Positions 39,213 through 49,229 of a stretch of 64,000 nt of DNA are shown here, in pieces. Origin of the DNA: an uncultured Polyangiaceae bacterium. GTDB taxonomy: Bacteria; Desulfobacterota; Binatia; UTPRO1. Every line of letters starts with the position of its first letter. Position 1 is the first letter of the stretch. A model generated the notes under the pieces. It did no database searches. It was not told the origin of the DNA and worked only from the letters and a program-made list of their open reading frames with translations. Position numbers and translations under genes: made by a program. The stretch spans positions 2,129-66,128 of the forward strand of contig CAZWAX010000002.1 of NCBI GenBank assembly GCA_964631985.1, in the 5' to 3' direction.

Positions 39213-40328
39213 ATGGCGAACAAGCAGGAGCAAGAACCAGCGCGCCGGGAGATCACCGAGGTGGCGCCGAACGTGCTGCGCATGGAATTGCCCATCCGGA
39301 TGCCGGGGCTCGGCCATGTGAACTGTTACGCGCTCCTCGACCACGAAGGGGCGACAGTCGTCGATCCGGGACTGCCGGGTCCATCCACCTGGCGGGCGCT
39401 CCAGGGGCGTTTGCGGCAAGCCGGTTTGCGGGTGCGGCACGTTCACACCGTCATCGTGACCCATTCACATCCCGACCATTTCGGCGGTGCGGCGCGCTTG
39501 GCGACGGAGGCCGGTGCGCACATCGTCGCGCATGCAGAGTTTCGGTTGGGCGCGGGTACTCCCGTTGGGGCCGCCCCTGATGTCTCGGTGGACGACCTGC
39601 CCTCGGCGGTCGAGGAATCGGCGGACGATGCTCGCAGCGCTGGCAACGGGGCAAGTCAGCACGCGCGGGCGACCACACCCCCCGCCAGCAGCGTGTGGGG
39701 TGCGCCGACGCCGTGGGGCGGCACGCGGATGGGACCGCCGCTCCGGATGCGAGTCTCGTGGCGGCTCTTTTCATTGATCAGCCGGACACCGTTCGTGCCG
39801 GAAATCACGCGGCCGGTTCGAGGTGGCGACGTGATCCGGATCTCGGGCAGCGAGTGGGCCGTGATCCACACGCCGGGGCACACCAGCGACCACATCTGTC
39901 TGCACGATCCCGCGAGCGGCATCCTGCTCGCGGGCGACCATGTGTTGCCGACGATCACGCCGCACATCTCCGGGCTGAGCGCGGCGGCCGATCCGCTTCA
40001 GGCGTTTTTCGAGTCGCTCGACCGGGTGGCGGATATTTCCGGTGTTACGCAGGTGCTGCCGGCGCATGGCCATCCGTTCCGCGACTTGCGAGCGCGCACC
40101 GAAGCGATCAAACGGCATCACCACGAGCGGCTCGAGCGTGTGAAGGCGATCTCGCGCGAACTCGGGCCCGCAACGGTCCAGGCGTTCTCGCGGACACTCT
40201 TCCGGCCGCGGAGCTGGGGCGCGATGGCGGAAAGCGAGACCTACGCGCACCTGGAGCACTTGCGGCTCAGGGGCGACGCGGATCGTCACGTCGACAGGGA
40301 GGGCAGGTTTCTCTACGTGACCGCCTAG
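39213..40328 (+). CDS. MBL-fold metallo-hydrolase with C-terminal extension
   Basis: THSHPDHFGG motif. Low-complexity insertion. Same architecture as 52704-54050. Confidence 0.75.
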   Translation: MANKQEQEPARREITEVAPNVLRMELPIRMPGLGHVNCYALLDHEGATVVDPGLPGPSTWRALQGRLRQAGLRVRHVHTVIVTHSHPDHFGGAARLATEAGAHIVAHAEFRLGAGTPVGAAPDVSVDDLPSAVEESADDARSAGNGASQHARATTPPASSVWGAPTPWGGTRMGPPLRMRVSWRLFSLISRTPFVPEITRPVRGGDVIRISGSEWAVIHTPGHTSDHICLHDPASGILLAGDHVLPTITPHISGLSAAADPLQAFFESLDRVADISGVTQVLPAHGHPFRDLRARTEAIKRHHHERLERVKAISRELGPATVQAFSRTLFRPRSWGAMAESETYAHLEHLRLRGDADRHVDREGRFLYVTA

Positions 40329-40346
40329 ACCACCGGCGTGATGCCG

Positions 40347-41813
40347 TCAGCGAGCGAACATTCCGTGCATAGCCGCATGCAGCTCGGCGCGATGGTCTGG
40401 ATGCGCCACAGCGATGAGATCCTCCGCCCGCTGACGATGGTTCTTGCCGAGGAGCCGAGCGATGCCGTGCTCGGTGATCACGATATCCGCGAAGAAGCGC
40501 GGTATGGTGATGATCGATCCCTCCGGGTGCATCGGGACGATGCGCGAGACTGCTCCATCGAGTGCCGTCGACGGCAGGAGGGTGATCGCTTTCCCGCCGC
40601 GCGACAAGAAAGCGCCGACGTGGGTCTCCGGCTGCCCCCCGGTGCCATTGATCATCAGGGGCCCAAAGACCGATTCCGAATTGATCTGGCCGATCAGGTC
40701 GACGCTGAGGGCGCTGTTGATCGAGACCTGGCGGTCGTTGGCGCCGATGCGCTTCACATCCAGGATGAAGTCGGGGTCGTACAGCTCGAAGGTCGGGTTG
40801 TCGTTGATGATCGCGAAGTCCTCGTCGTTGCCGCCCGTCCAGGCAGCCGCCACGACCTTCCCGCGAAACTGGTTCTTCCGGCGACCGTTGATGATCCCGC
40901 GCTCGACGAGGGTGGCGGTTCCGGGCGTGATCAGCTCGGTGTGCATGCCCAGGTCATGCCTGTGGTCGAACGCGCCGAGTTGGACCATCAGCGATGACGG
41001 CTCGCCGACGCCGATCTGGATACAGTCGCCGTCCTCGATCACCTCGGAGAGATATCCGGCGATTGCCGTGTGCGAATCGAGGGGCGGCGCCAGGCCGAGG
41101 AGGCGCTCGAAGGCGCGGACCTCGATCACGCCTAAGAGCGGGAACACCAGCCGCAGCCGCTCGCGGGGAATCCGGGGGATCAGCCGCCGCATCGGCTCGT
41201 GCTGCTCGGCCGGCATCTGAGCAATCTTGATCTCGATCTGCTCCGAGGTGAGCTCGTCTTCGTACGACTCGACGAAGTGGGTGATTTCCGAAACGTGCGC
41301 GTAGACGTCGCCGTGGACGGCGATGAAGCGAGGATTGATCTCGGCGATGCTCACCTCGCACCGGCGCACCAGGCTCCGCTTGGTCCAATGATGCGGACCG
41401 AAGTGCACGTAGCCCGCTTCGTTGGGCGGCGAGCAGCTGACGATGGCGACGTTCTGATGTCGGACACCGGGGCGATGCTCGTCATACGCTTTGAAGGCCG
41501 TCGAGAAGAGGTTGGGCAGGTAGTAGCCGCGCTTGTCGGTGTGGGCGTGACGCGCGAAGTCGCCGATGAAGATCTCGAACTCGATGGGGAAGGTCGGAGC
41601 GAGGTCCGGTTGGAACCAGCCCGGATCGAAGGACGGCGCGTTCATGCGCAACTGCACGTCGCGCAGCTCGTCACGGCGGGCGTAGAGCGCGGCGAGCAAG
41701 CCGTTCGGGGCAAAGATCGGCAGATTGACGGTGTCGCCGCTCTTGATCGACTTGACCGCCTCCTCGGCGGTCGTCAGACGGCTGCGAAAGACGTCTCTCC
41801 AGGATCCGGTCAT
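40347..41813 (-). CDS. acetyl-CoA hydrolase/transferase family protein (4-hydroxybutyrate/succinyl-CoA CoA-transferase-like)
   Basis: About 488 aa from the internal Met (MTGSWRDVF). Two-domain CoA-transferase pattern. Start coordinate taken from the ORF-track frame. Confidence 0.8.
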   Translation of the reverse strand: MTGSWRDVFRSRLTTAEEAVKSIKSGDTVNLPIFAPNGLLAALYARRDELRDVQLRMNAPSFDPGWFQPDLAPTFPIEFEIFIGDFARHAHTDKRGYYLPNLFSTAFKAYDEHRPGVRHQNVAIVSCSPPNEAGYVHFGPHHWTKRSLVRRCEVSIAEINPRFIAVHGDVYAHVSEITHFVESYEDELTSEQIEIKIAQMPAEQHEPMRRLIPRIPRERLRLVFPLLGVIEVRAFERLLGLAPPLDSHTAIAGYLSEVIEDGDCIQIGVGEPSSLMVQLGAFDHRHDLGMHTELITPGTATLVERGIINGRRKNQFRGKVVAAAWTGGNDEDFAIINDNPTFELYDPDFILDVKRIGANDRQVSINSALSVDLIGQINSESVFGPLMINGTGGQPETHVGAFLSRGGKAITLLPSTALDGAVSRIVPMHPEGSIITIPRFFADIVITEHGIARLLGKNHRQRAEDLIAVAHPDHRAELHAAMHGMFAR

Positions 41814-41993
41814 ACGGCTTCCTCCGCGAGGAGCGCGGTTGCTACGTCCCCGGGCTCCATTGAGATCGCCTGTGGCAGGCATTGGCGGTGGTACATGACG
41901 CGGAAATGACCGGCAAGAAGTTCTTTGCGCTGGACGTTCTGAAACGAAAGGAATATGCATCATCGGAAATCGTCATCCGCAGGAGACCGAGCG

Positions 41994-43097
41994 ATGCCAC
42001 CGCGAACCAGCCGCGCCGTCGTGCAAACCGGGCCGCGGCAGCTCGAGCTGCGCGAGCTGCCAATTCCCGACATCGATGACGAGAGCGCCCTGTTGCGCGT
42101 CGAGGCCTGCGGCATCTGCGGCAGCGACGTCGAACAGTACACCGGGACCATTCCGGTGCGCTGGCCGCTGATTCCCGGGCACGAGCCGCTCGGCATCATC
42201 GAAAAAATCGGCGATCGCGCGGCGCAGCGTTGGGGCGTCGACGTGGGGGATCGCGTGGCGGTCGAGGTGCTCATCCCGTGCGGCCATTGCCGGGCGTGCG
42301 TCGAAGGCAGCTATCACGTGTGTCGCGGCCGCGGCGCCATGTTCGGCTACGCCTACGTGCCGTTGTCGCACCCGCCGGGGCTGTGGGGCGCCTACGCGGA
42401 GTACATGTACCTCGACCCATTCACGATCGTGCACAAAGTCCGGAAGGACATTCCCGCCAACATTGCGGTCATGTTCAATCCGCTGGGTGCCGGTTTTCGC
42501 TGGGCCGTGGAGATTCCGGACACCGGACCGGGCGATACGGTCCTGATTCTCGGACCCGGGCAGCGCGGGCTCGCGAGCGTAGTCGCGGCGCGCGCCGCGG
42601 GCGCCGACCAGATCATCGTGACCGGGCTGACGCGCGATGCCAAGAAGCTCGCCGTCGCCACGCAGCTGGGCGCCGATCATGTCATCGACATCGAGCAGGA
42701 GGACGCCCGCCAGCGGGTGGCGGAGATCACCAATGGGCGGGGCGCCGACGTGGTGGTGGAAGTGTCGTCGTACGCCTCCGAACCGGTGGCCGAGGCGTTG
42801 CACTACGCGGCGACGGGTGGACGCATCGTGCTCGCCGGGGTCAAAGGCTTCAAGAGCGTGCCCGATTTCGTGAGCGACCTGATTGTCGTCAAGGAGCTCT
42901 CCATCAAGGGCGCGTTCGGCGTGACCAGCCGGTCGTACCGCTCAGCGATCCGGTTGATCGAAGCGGGGCACGTGCCACTGGCCACGATGCACACGCATGA
43001 CTTCGCGCTCGAGGATGCGGAGCGTGCCATTCGAACGCTCGCAGGCGATTTTCCCGAAGCGGCAAGTATCCACTCGTGTCTGTTGCCGCACGGGTAG
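41994..43097 (+). CDS. zinc-dependent alcohol dehydrogenase (MDR family)
   Basis: CGICGSD, GHEPLG, CGHCRAC structural-Zn motif, GPGQRG. AGGAGA RBS. Confidence 0.85.
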   Translation: MPPRTSRAVVQTGPRQLELRELPIPDIDDESALLRVEACGICGSDVEQYTGTIPVRWPLIPGHEPLGIIEKIGDRAAQRWGVDVGDRVAVEVLIPCGHCRACVEGSYHVCRGRGAMFGYAYVPLSHPPGLWGAYAEYMYLDPFTIVHKVRKDIPANIAVMFNPLGAGFRWAVEIPDTGPGDTVLILGPGQRGLASVVAARAAGADQIIVTGLTRDAKKLAVATQLGADHVIDIEQEDARQRVAEITNGRGADVVVEVSSYASEPVAEALHYAATGGRIVLAGVKGFKSVPDFVSDLIVVKELSIKGAFGVTSRSYRSAIRLIEAGHVPLATMHTHDFALEDAERAIRTLAGDFPEAASIHSCLLPHG

Positions 43098-43131
43098 CCG
43101 GGATGCCGATGACGCGACGAACCCCGTGGCG

Positions 43132-44007
43132 ATGACCGCGACTCTCGCCGCGCGCTGTGAGGGCTCGCCGTACAACGCCGGGATCGGGGTCCGCGTGGAA
43201 TCGATCGAGCCGGAGCGCGTTCGGGTACGCATCCCCTACGCGGACGAGAACTCCAACCCTGGCCGTGCGCTCCACGGCGGCGTCGTGGCGTCCATCATCA
43301 ACATCGCGGGTGCTCTGGTGGCGGTGACGACGTCGCAGCCAAACGACCACAGCGAGCTGGGTACCCTCGACTTGAGCGTCAATTACCTGGCGGCCGCGAT
43401 CGGCGAAGACATCGTGGCCGAGGCTGACGTGCTGCGCCGTGGGAAGGAGATCGTCTACAGCGATGTCGGGGTGCGCAACGATGCCGGCAAGTGGATTGCC
43501 AAAGGTCTCGTGACGTTCCGCGCGTTGGCGGCGGCTCCACGGCATACCGACCGCCAGCTCCACACGTCAGCCGACGTTGGCATGTCAGCGCGCGAGGTGC
43601 CGCAGATGGTACGGATGCTCGAGGCCACGCCCTTCATGGCGCGTCTCGGCATGTCGATCGTCCACATGCACGGCGGGCACGCGCGGGTCGAGATGCCGTT
43701 CAAGCCCGCGAACGCGGATGATGGCGAGGCCGTGCACGAGGGCGCGTTGGCTGCACTGATCGATACGACCGGAGCGATGGCGGCGTGGTCGATCGTCGGT
43801 CTCGACTTTCGCTACAAGGCTTCGACGGTGGGCATCCACGTGAACTATCACGCTCCCGCGATCAAGGAGGACGTCGTGGCGCAGGCCCGCACCCTCCGGC
43901 GCAACAACGAGATCTTCCTCAATCAGGTAACGGTGAGTGGGTGCCAATCAGGTCGCCTAGTCGCCGCCGGGTCGGTGACGTACCGCATCGTCGTGCCGGC
44001 TGGATAG
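43132..44007 (+). CDS. tandem hotdog (PaaI-type) acyl-CoA thioesterase
   Basis: Two consecutive hotdog repeats, each with an HGG(V/A) motif. Confidence 0.7.
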   Translation: MTATLAARCEGSPYNAGIGVRVESIEPERVRVRIPYADENSNPGRALHGGVVASIINIAGALVAVTTSQPNDHSELGTLDLSVNYLAAAIGEDIVAEADVLRRGKEIVYSDVGVRNDAGKWIAKGLVTFRALAAAPRHTDRQLHTSADVGMSAREVPQMVRMLEATPFMARLGMSIVHMHGGHARVEMPFKPANADDGEAVHEGALAALIDTTGAMAAWSIVGLDFRYKASTVGIHVNYHAPAIKEDVVAQARTLRRNNEIFLNQVTVSGCQSGRLVAAGSVTYRIVVPAG

Positions 44008-44725
44008 TTCGGTACAATGCGGTCCGTCAGTGGACGTGCTCGTCGGGTGGCGGCGCGAGCTGCGGCTCGGCGGCGAGGAGGCGCAGCTGCTCCTGGAGGA
44101 GCTGCAGGTTACTCCAGCCGGGGCCGTCCTGGTCGGGTCGCCAGCGCGCGCGGACGTAGCCGAAGCGATCGATCAGCACCTCGAGGTGAGGGGGCACGTC
44201 GTCGTCGCGCTCGTTCCCGGGATCGGCGAACGTGCGGCGGAAGAGCGCGTAGGTCTCGACGATCTCCGCGGCGTGGGCGGCGACGACCGGAAGGAGCGGG
44301 AGGGCCGTGTCTGCCGTTAGGGGCACGGCGAGGATCTCGGTGCCGAGCGCGCGGAGTGCTGGGCGAGAAGAGGACGAGCAGGACGGCGGCGCGCTTCCGG
44401 AAGTCGCGGAGCCGACCGCTGCCATTTTCGGTGAAGGCGAAGTCAAGCAGATCCAGCGCCGGAGGGCGGGGTTGGTATCTGAAAGATCGATTTCTTCCCC
44501 GGACGCGCGTACGAGTGATCGGCGTGGGCTAGGACCAACGGCCCGCGAGCATCTGAGTCGTGATGGGATCCGCGACGTCAGCCGCTGTTGCAGTTTCATG
44601 CGGCCGCTGTGTTGCCCGCGTGCGGTCGCTGAGTTGGTTCGTTGCAAACTGAGGAGCGCGTCGGTCTCGCTCCGGTGCGTTTCGAGCGCGCTTCCGCCAG
44701 GATGTGGGGGACAGAGACCGTCAGT

Positions 44726-45125
44726 CGCCTCGGGTAGGCGTACATGAACGATCGTTCCGCTTCTCGGCGCGCTCTCGATGTCGATGGTGCCTCCCAGGAC
44801 CTCAACCAGGCGCGCCACGATCGCCAGCCCGAGCCCCCAGCCTCCGCCTCGACCGTTGCCCCGCACGAAGGGCTCCATGGCCCGCGCGCGGATCTCGGGA
44901 TCAATGCCCCGGACCGGTATCGACCACGGAAATCCGGATGGTTTTCCCATCCCGCTTCGCGGCGAAACGGACGGAGCCGCTGACGGTGAATTTCGCGGCG
45001 TTAGTCAACAGATTCGTGAGGACCTGTCGTAGCCGGTCGAAAGGAGAGCAAGGATGGGGATCAAACTGAGAGGCCTCACGCTCGGCGAGATGGGCGTCGA
45101 TCGGGAGCTGCTCGTCTTCCCGCAC
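44726..45125 (-). pseudogene. remnant of a sensor histidine kinase ATPase (HATPase_c) domain, frameshifted and N-terminally truncated
   Basis: N-box (LRQVLTNLLTNAAKFT) and G-boxes (VVDTGPG; GGGWGLGLAIV) lie in two different frames. No HisKA or sensor region upstream. The upstream end is overrun by the lactonase gene. Confidence 0.5.
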
Positions 45126-45890
45126 CCGAAGTACATGCTCTCCGCGTCACGGCGTGAGGGGCGGAAGGTGTGGTGCGAGTGCCCGGCGATCAGCTACCTG
45201 ATCGAGCACCCCGATGGGCTGATCCTCTGGGAGACGGGCATCGCGACGACTTTCGCGGCGGAGTGGACCGCAGAATGGCAGGAGCTCATCGACATGAGCG
45301 CGATTACGCCAGCGGTCTGCTTGGAGGCGCGCCTGCGATCGCTCGGTTTCGGTCCGGAGGACGTGAAGTATGTCATCCAGGGCCACCTCCATTGCGATCA
45401 CGCGGGCGGCCTACGCTTGTTCGAGACGACGGCCGCCACCATCGTCTGCCACGAGGAGGAGTACAAGTTCGTGACGCAGATCGACACGACCGATTTCTTC
45501 TACTCGCGGGCGGATTGGAATTTCCTCGGCCAGCGCCGGCCGGCGACGACCTACGGCGATCAGGAGATCCTGAAGGATCTCTGGCTCATCAGCCTGCCGG
45601 GGCACACGCCGGGCATGATGGGCCTGCTGACCCGCCTCGACCACACCGGCTGGGTATTGCTCACGTCGGACGCGCTCTACACCCACGAGAGCTACGGTCC
45701 GCCGGCGGTCGGCTCGCCGATCGTCTGGGATCGCGAGCAGTGGGCCGCGTCGGTCGAGAAGATTCGCCGGATCGCGATCGCGCGCAATGCGTTCGTGCTG
45801 CCGGGGCACGATCGGACAGGTATCCAGCACACGTTAGGCACCGTGGCGACGCGGGAGATCACGTTCGCGCCCGGTGCTGCCTACGAGTGA
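45054..45890 (+). CDS. MBL-fold N-acyl-homoserine-lactonase-like hydrolase
   Basis: HLHCDHAGG metal motif. AiiA-like length and order. Confidence 0.8.
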   Translation: MGIKLRGLTLGEMGVDRELLVFPHPKYMLSASRREGRKVWCECPAISYLIEHPDGLILWETGIATTFAAEWTAEWQELIDMSAITPAVCLEARLRSLGFGPEDVKYVIQGHLHCDHAGGLRLFETTAATIVCHEEEYKFVTQIDTTDFFYSRADWNFLGQRRPATTYGDQEILKDLWLISLPGHTPGMMGLLTRLDHTGWVLLTSDALYTHESYGPPAVGSPIVWDREQWAASVEKIRRIAIARNAFVLPGHDRTGIQHTLGTVATREITFAPGAAYE

Positions 45891-45910
45891 GGCCGCCACT
45901 GAAGATTGTC

Positions 45911-45960
45911 CGTTGACAGGAGCGTTTAGTGTACAGTACAGCTATATACTGACTGGCATA
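45911..45960. promoter_or_regulatory. AT-rich putative promoter with TTGACA hexamer and TGTACA-containing dyad
   Basis: ttgacaggagcgtttagtgtacagtacagctatatact is locally AT-rich in a GC-rich genome and lies upstream of the reductase gene. The MerR regulator is encoded downstream. Confidence 0.35.
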
Positions 45961-45961
45961 A

Positions 45962-47101
45962 GTGCCTATGTTTAATGGAATCGTGACGGTTTGGCATAAC
46001 CTCGTTGCGACTGAGCTGCCGCCAAGCTTCGAGCTTCGCGAGGCGAACGTTCGGTGGGGCATGTCGCGTTCGACGCGCCGCCGGCGCTCCGTGCGAGTCG
46101 TCGATGTCGTCCAGGAGACCCCGTCCACCCGCACCTACGTCCTCGAGAATCTCGCCCTGGACAAAGAGCCGATCATCTATCGAGCCGGGCAGCATCTGAC
46201 GGTGCTTCTCGAGGTCGACGGAGTCTCCCATCGCCGATGCTATTCGTTCTCGACGTCGCCGGCTGCCGGCGGATCAGCGGCGATCACGGTAAAATGCATC
46301 CCAGGTGGCGTCGTCTCGGGCTTTCTCGCGGAAAACATCGAGCCGGGACACACCCTCCGCATCGCCGAGCCCAGCGGGGTCTTCACGATCCCGACCGAGC
46401 CGGACACTGCACGGCGCTTCGTCTTCGTGGCCGGGGGCGTCGGAATCACGCCGCTCATCAGCCTCGCCGAGACCATTCTTCGCATGGAGCCGCGAAGCGA
46501 GGTCACACTCCTCTACGGAAGCCGCAGCGAGGATGAGATCATCTTCCGTCGTCGCCTCGCGACCCTCACCGCCGAATTTCCGCAAGCCCTCCGCGTCGTC
46601 CACGCAGTCGACGAAGCCCCCGAGGGGTGGACAGGCGTGACAGGCTGTCTCGACGGCAGCCGCGTTCTCGAGATCCTCGGCGGGCGCCCGGCCGCCGACT
46701 TCTATTACGTCTGCGGCCCAGCCCCGATGATGGACAGCGTGACTGAAGCGCTGCGCAGCGCGGGGATTCCGACCGATCGCGTGCGCACCGAGCGTTTCAC
46801 TTACGTCGCGAGGCAGGGCACCACGCGCCCCACCCAACCCTGTGACGTGGTGTTTGCGGCGAGCGGCAAGCGCATCACCGTGCGCCCCGATCAGACGATT
46901 CTCGAGGCGAGTCTCGAAGCTGGGATCGCGCTGGAATTCAGCTGCACGATGGGTGGCTGCGGAGCATGCAAGGTAAGGAGAACAATGGGACGGGTGGTCA
47001 TGGACGAGCCGAACTGCCTGACGCAGCAGGAGGCCGAAGAAGGCTGGATCCTCACCTGCTGCGCCTACCCCACAGAAACAACGGTCATCGAAGCGAGGTG
47101 A
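45962..47101 (+). CDS. oxidoreductase: FNR-type FAD/NAD(P)-binding reductase with C-terminal plant-type 2Fe-2S ferredoxin domain (PaaE/phenol-hydroxylase-reductase-like)
   Basis: RCYSFS FAD motif, GGVGITP NAD motif, C-terminal Cys cluster CTMGGCGACK...C. GTG at 45962 or ATG at 45968. Confidence 0.8.
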   Translation: MPMFNGIVTVWHNLVATELPPSFELREANVRWGMSRSTRRRRSVRVVDVVQETPSTRTYVLENLALDKEPIIYRAGQHLTVLLEVDGVSHRRCYSFSTSPAAGGSAAITVKCIPGGVVSGFLAENIEPGHTLRIAEPSGVFTIPTEPDTARRFVFVAGGVGITPLISLAETILRMEPRSEVTLLYGSRSEDEIIFRRRLATLTAEFPQALRVVHAVDEAPEGWTGVTGCLDGSRVLEILGGRPAADFYYVCGPAPMMDSVTEALRSAGIPTDRVRTERFTYVARQGTTRPTQPCDVVFAASGKRITVRPDQTILEASLEAGIALEFSCTMGGCGACKVRRTMGRVVMDEPNCLTQQEAEEGWILTCCAYPTETTVIEAR

Positions 47102-47166
47102 GCACGGTGCCGAGCCGAAACCGAGTGAGAACGGAGCCTCGGGGCGAGGGGCCGCACGCGCTCCGC

Positions 47167-47877
47167 ATGAAGGATCTCGTCCGCGAGGCCGGCCTCCCGC
47201 GCGAGACGATCCACTTCTACCTTTCGGAAGGGCTGCTACCGCCTGCGCGCAAGACGGGGCGGAACACCGCCCTCTATGAGAGGGAGCACCTCGACCGCAT
47301 CCGCACGATCAAGGAGCTCCAAGAAAAGCACTTCCTTCCCCTGCGAGCGATCAAGGCGATCCTCGACGAACGGGCCGAACCCCACGGGTTCACGCCCGAG
47401 CAGCGTCAGTTCCTCGCAGGAATCCGCACTCGCATGAACGGCCGGTTGGTGCCAGCCCCTGGCGTCGGCGTGCCGCTCCGTGAGGTCGTCGAGCGGACGG
47501 GCGTCTCCAAACAGGATCTCGCGGACCTCGAGAGCTCGGGTGCGATTGACGTCGAGCGACAGGGTCGGCGAGTGCTGGTGTCGAAGGAAGATGCCGAGGT
47601 GATCGAGTGTTGGGTGGCGCTCACCAGAATCGGCATCACTCCGGAGCGCGGATTCTCGCCTCGCCACGTTCAGATCTTCTCGAAGGCTCTCGACTCGATC
47701 GTGGACCAGGAGGTCGGCCTCTTTGCCGAGCGCTTCACGAAGGTCTCCGGGGTCGATGCGAGCGTGATCGTCGATCAGGCCGTACCCCTACTGAACCAGC
47801 TGATCGGCACGATTCACTGGAAGAAAATCCGGCGCTTCTTCGCGGACCTCGAATCAACCAATCGCGACCCCGACTGA
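47167..47877 (+). CDS. MerR family transcriptional regulator
   Basis: N-terminal MerR HTH (MKDLVREAGLPRETIHFYLSEGLLPP). Confidence 0.75.
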   Translation: MKDLVREAGLPRETIHFYLSEGLLPPARKTGRNTALYEREHLDRIRTIKELQEKHFLPLRAIKAILDERAEPHGFTPEQRQFLAGIRTRMNGRLVPAPGVGVPLREVVERTGVSKQDLADLESSGAIDVERQGRRVLVSKEDAEVIECWVALTRIGITPERGFSPRHVQIFSKALDSIVDQEVGLFAERFTKVSGVDASVIVDQAVPLLNQLIGTIHWKKIRRFFADLESTNRDPD

Positions 47878-47919
47878 GCCAGTCCGTATGCGCATTCACG
47901 AGCAAAAAGGAGCCCCATC

Positions 47920-49098
47920 ATGCCGAAAGACCGAATGTTGCAGGGGATGCCCGTTGGCGCGCGCCGTCAGGTGGAAGACGTCTTCGACGCGATGGCGATC
48001 GCGAACCAGATGCAGAACTGGACCGTGTTGAAGGACATGTTGCCCTCGGTCGGTCGCGGATTCGTCTTGAAGAAAGGCAAGCAAGGCCTGCCTGTGACGA
48101 TGAAGGCGAGCCACTCCGCGCATTTCGATTTTCAGTACAAGGGCGACTTCCCCGAGATGTACGATCTCTACCGGCGTGCCGTCCAGAACCAGTGGGACGC
48201 CGATGTCGCGCTCGACTGGACGACCGACGTCGATCCCATGGACCCAAACGTGAAAATCCTTCCCGACGAGGTCGTTCCTTTCGAGGGTCTCGAACAGCAC
48301 GGTATTCGACTCAACGCCGAGGAGCGCAAGCGCTTCGTACACTCGTTTAGCTCATGGATCCTGTCGCAATTTCTGCACGGCGAGCAGGGCGCGCTCTACG
48401 CGGCCTGTCAGGTCACCGAGAGCGTGCAATGGATGGATGGAAAGTTCTATGGCGCAACGCAGGTGATGGACGAGGGACGTCACGTCGAAGTCTTCCTGCG
48501 CTACCTCGAGTCGAAGCTCGGCAAGCTCTATCAGGTGAACGACAATCTCTACGTGATCATGGACAGTCTGATGCACGACTCGCGGTGGGACATGAAGTTT
48601 CTCGGCATGCAGATCATGATCGAGGGCCTCGCGCTCGGCGCTTTCGGCACGCTCTATCGGGTGACTGGCGAGCCGCTGCTGAAGGAGCTTTTGCGCTACG
48701 TGATCCAAGACGAGGCGCGCCACGTCCACTACGGGGTCCTCGCGCTCCGCGAGCACTTTACGAAGGCGCTCGACGAGCGTGAGCGTCGCGATCGGGAAGA
48801 CTGGTCGTTCGAGCTCGCGATCCTCATGCGCAATCGCTTCCTGGCGCACGAGATCTACGACGAGTGGTTCGCGCATAAGCTGAGCCGGTTGGACTGGAAC
48901 GAGGTGATCCAGACCATGCCATTCATGTGTCAGTTCCGCCACACGATGTTCCAGCGGCTGATCCCGAACCTCGAGTACATCGGGCTCCTCACGCCGAGAA
49001 TTCAGAAGTACTACGAGGACGCTGGGTTGATGACTTTCTCCGGAGGCCGAAACGCGACCGAGCTCACGGCGCGCGACCTCCTCGACGAGGTGAGCTGA
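47920..49098 (+). CDS. ferritin-like diiron-carboxylate protein (putative diiron oxygenase)
   Basis: Two E...ExxH motifs (EQGALYAACQVTES...MDEGRHVE and IEGLALGAF...QDEARHVHYG). AAGGAG RBS. Confidence 0.65.
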   Translation: MPKDRMLQGMPVGARRQVEDVFDAMAIANQMQNWTVLKDMLPSVGRGFVLKKGKQGLPVTMKASHSAHFDFQYKGDFPEMYDLYRRAVQNQWDADVALDWTTDVDPMDPNVKILPDEVVPFEGLEQHGIRLNAEERKRFVHSFSSWILSQFLHGEQGALYAACQVTESVQWMDGKFYGATQVMDEGRHVEVFLRYLESKLGKLYQVNDNLYVIMDSLMHDSRWDMKFLGMQIMIEGLALGAFGTLYRVTGEPLLKELLRYVIQDEARHVHYGVLALREHFTKALDERERRDREDWSFELAILMRNRFLAHEIYDEWFAHKLSRLDWNEVIQTMPFMCQFRHTMFQRLIPNLEYIGLLTPRIQKYYEDAGLMTFSGGRNATELTARDLLDEVS

Positions 49099-49229
49099 CA
49101 CCTGACCTCACAATCGGCCATGTTCTGGGCGGGACATTTCGATGACCTCGCGATTCGACGCGTAGCGGCGACATCGGTCAAAAGGCACTGCGCGTTCGAC
49201 AGCGGTTTCAGCTTCGGACCTTCGGACCC

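Noticed and set aside
44027-44725. Remainder of the 307-aa minus ORF beyond the HATPase motifs
   Set aside because: Only the first ~75 residues resemble a kinase. The rest is Ser/Ala/Pro-rich read-through without motifs.
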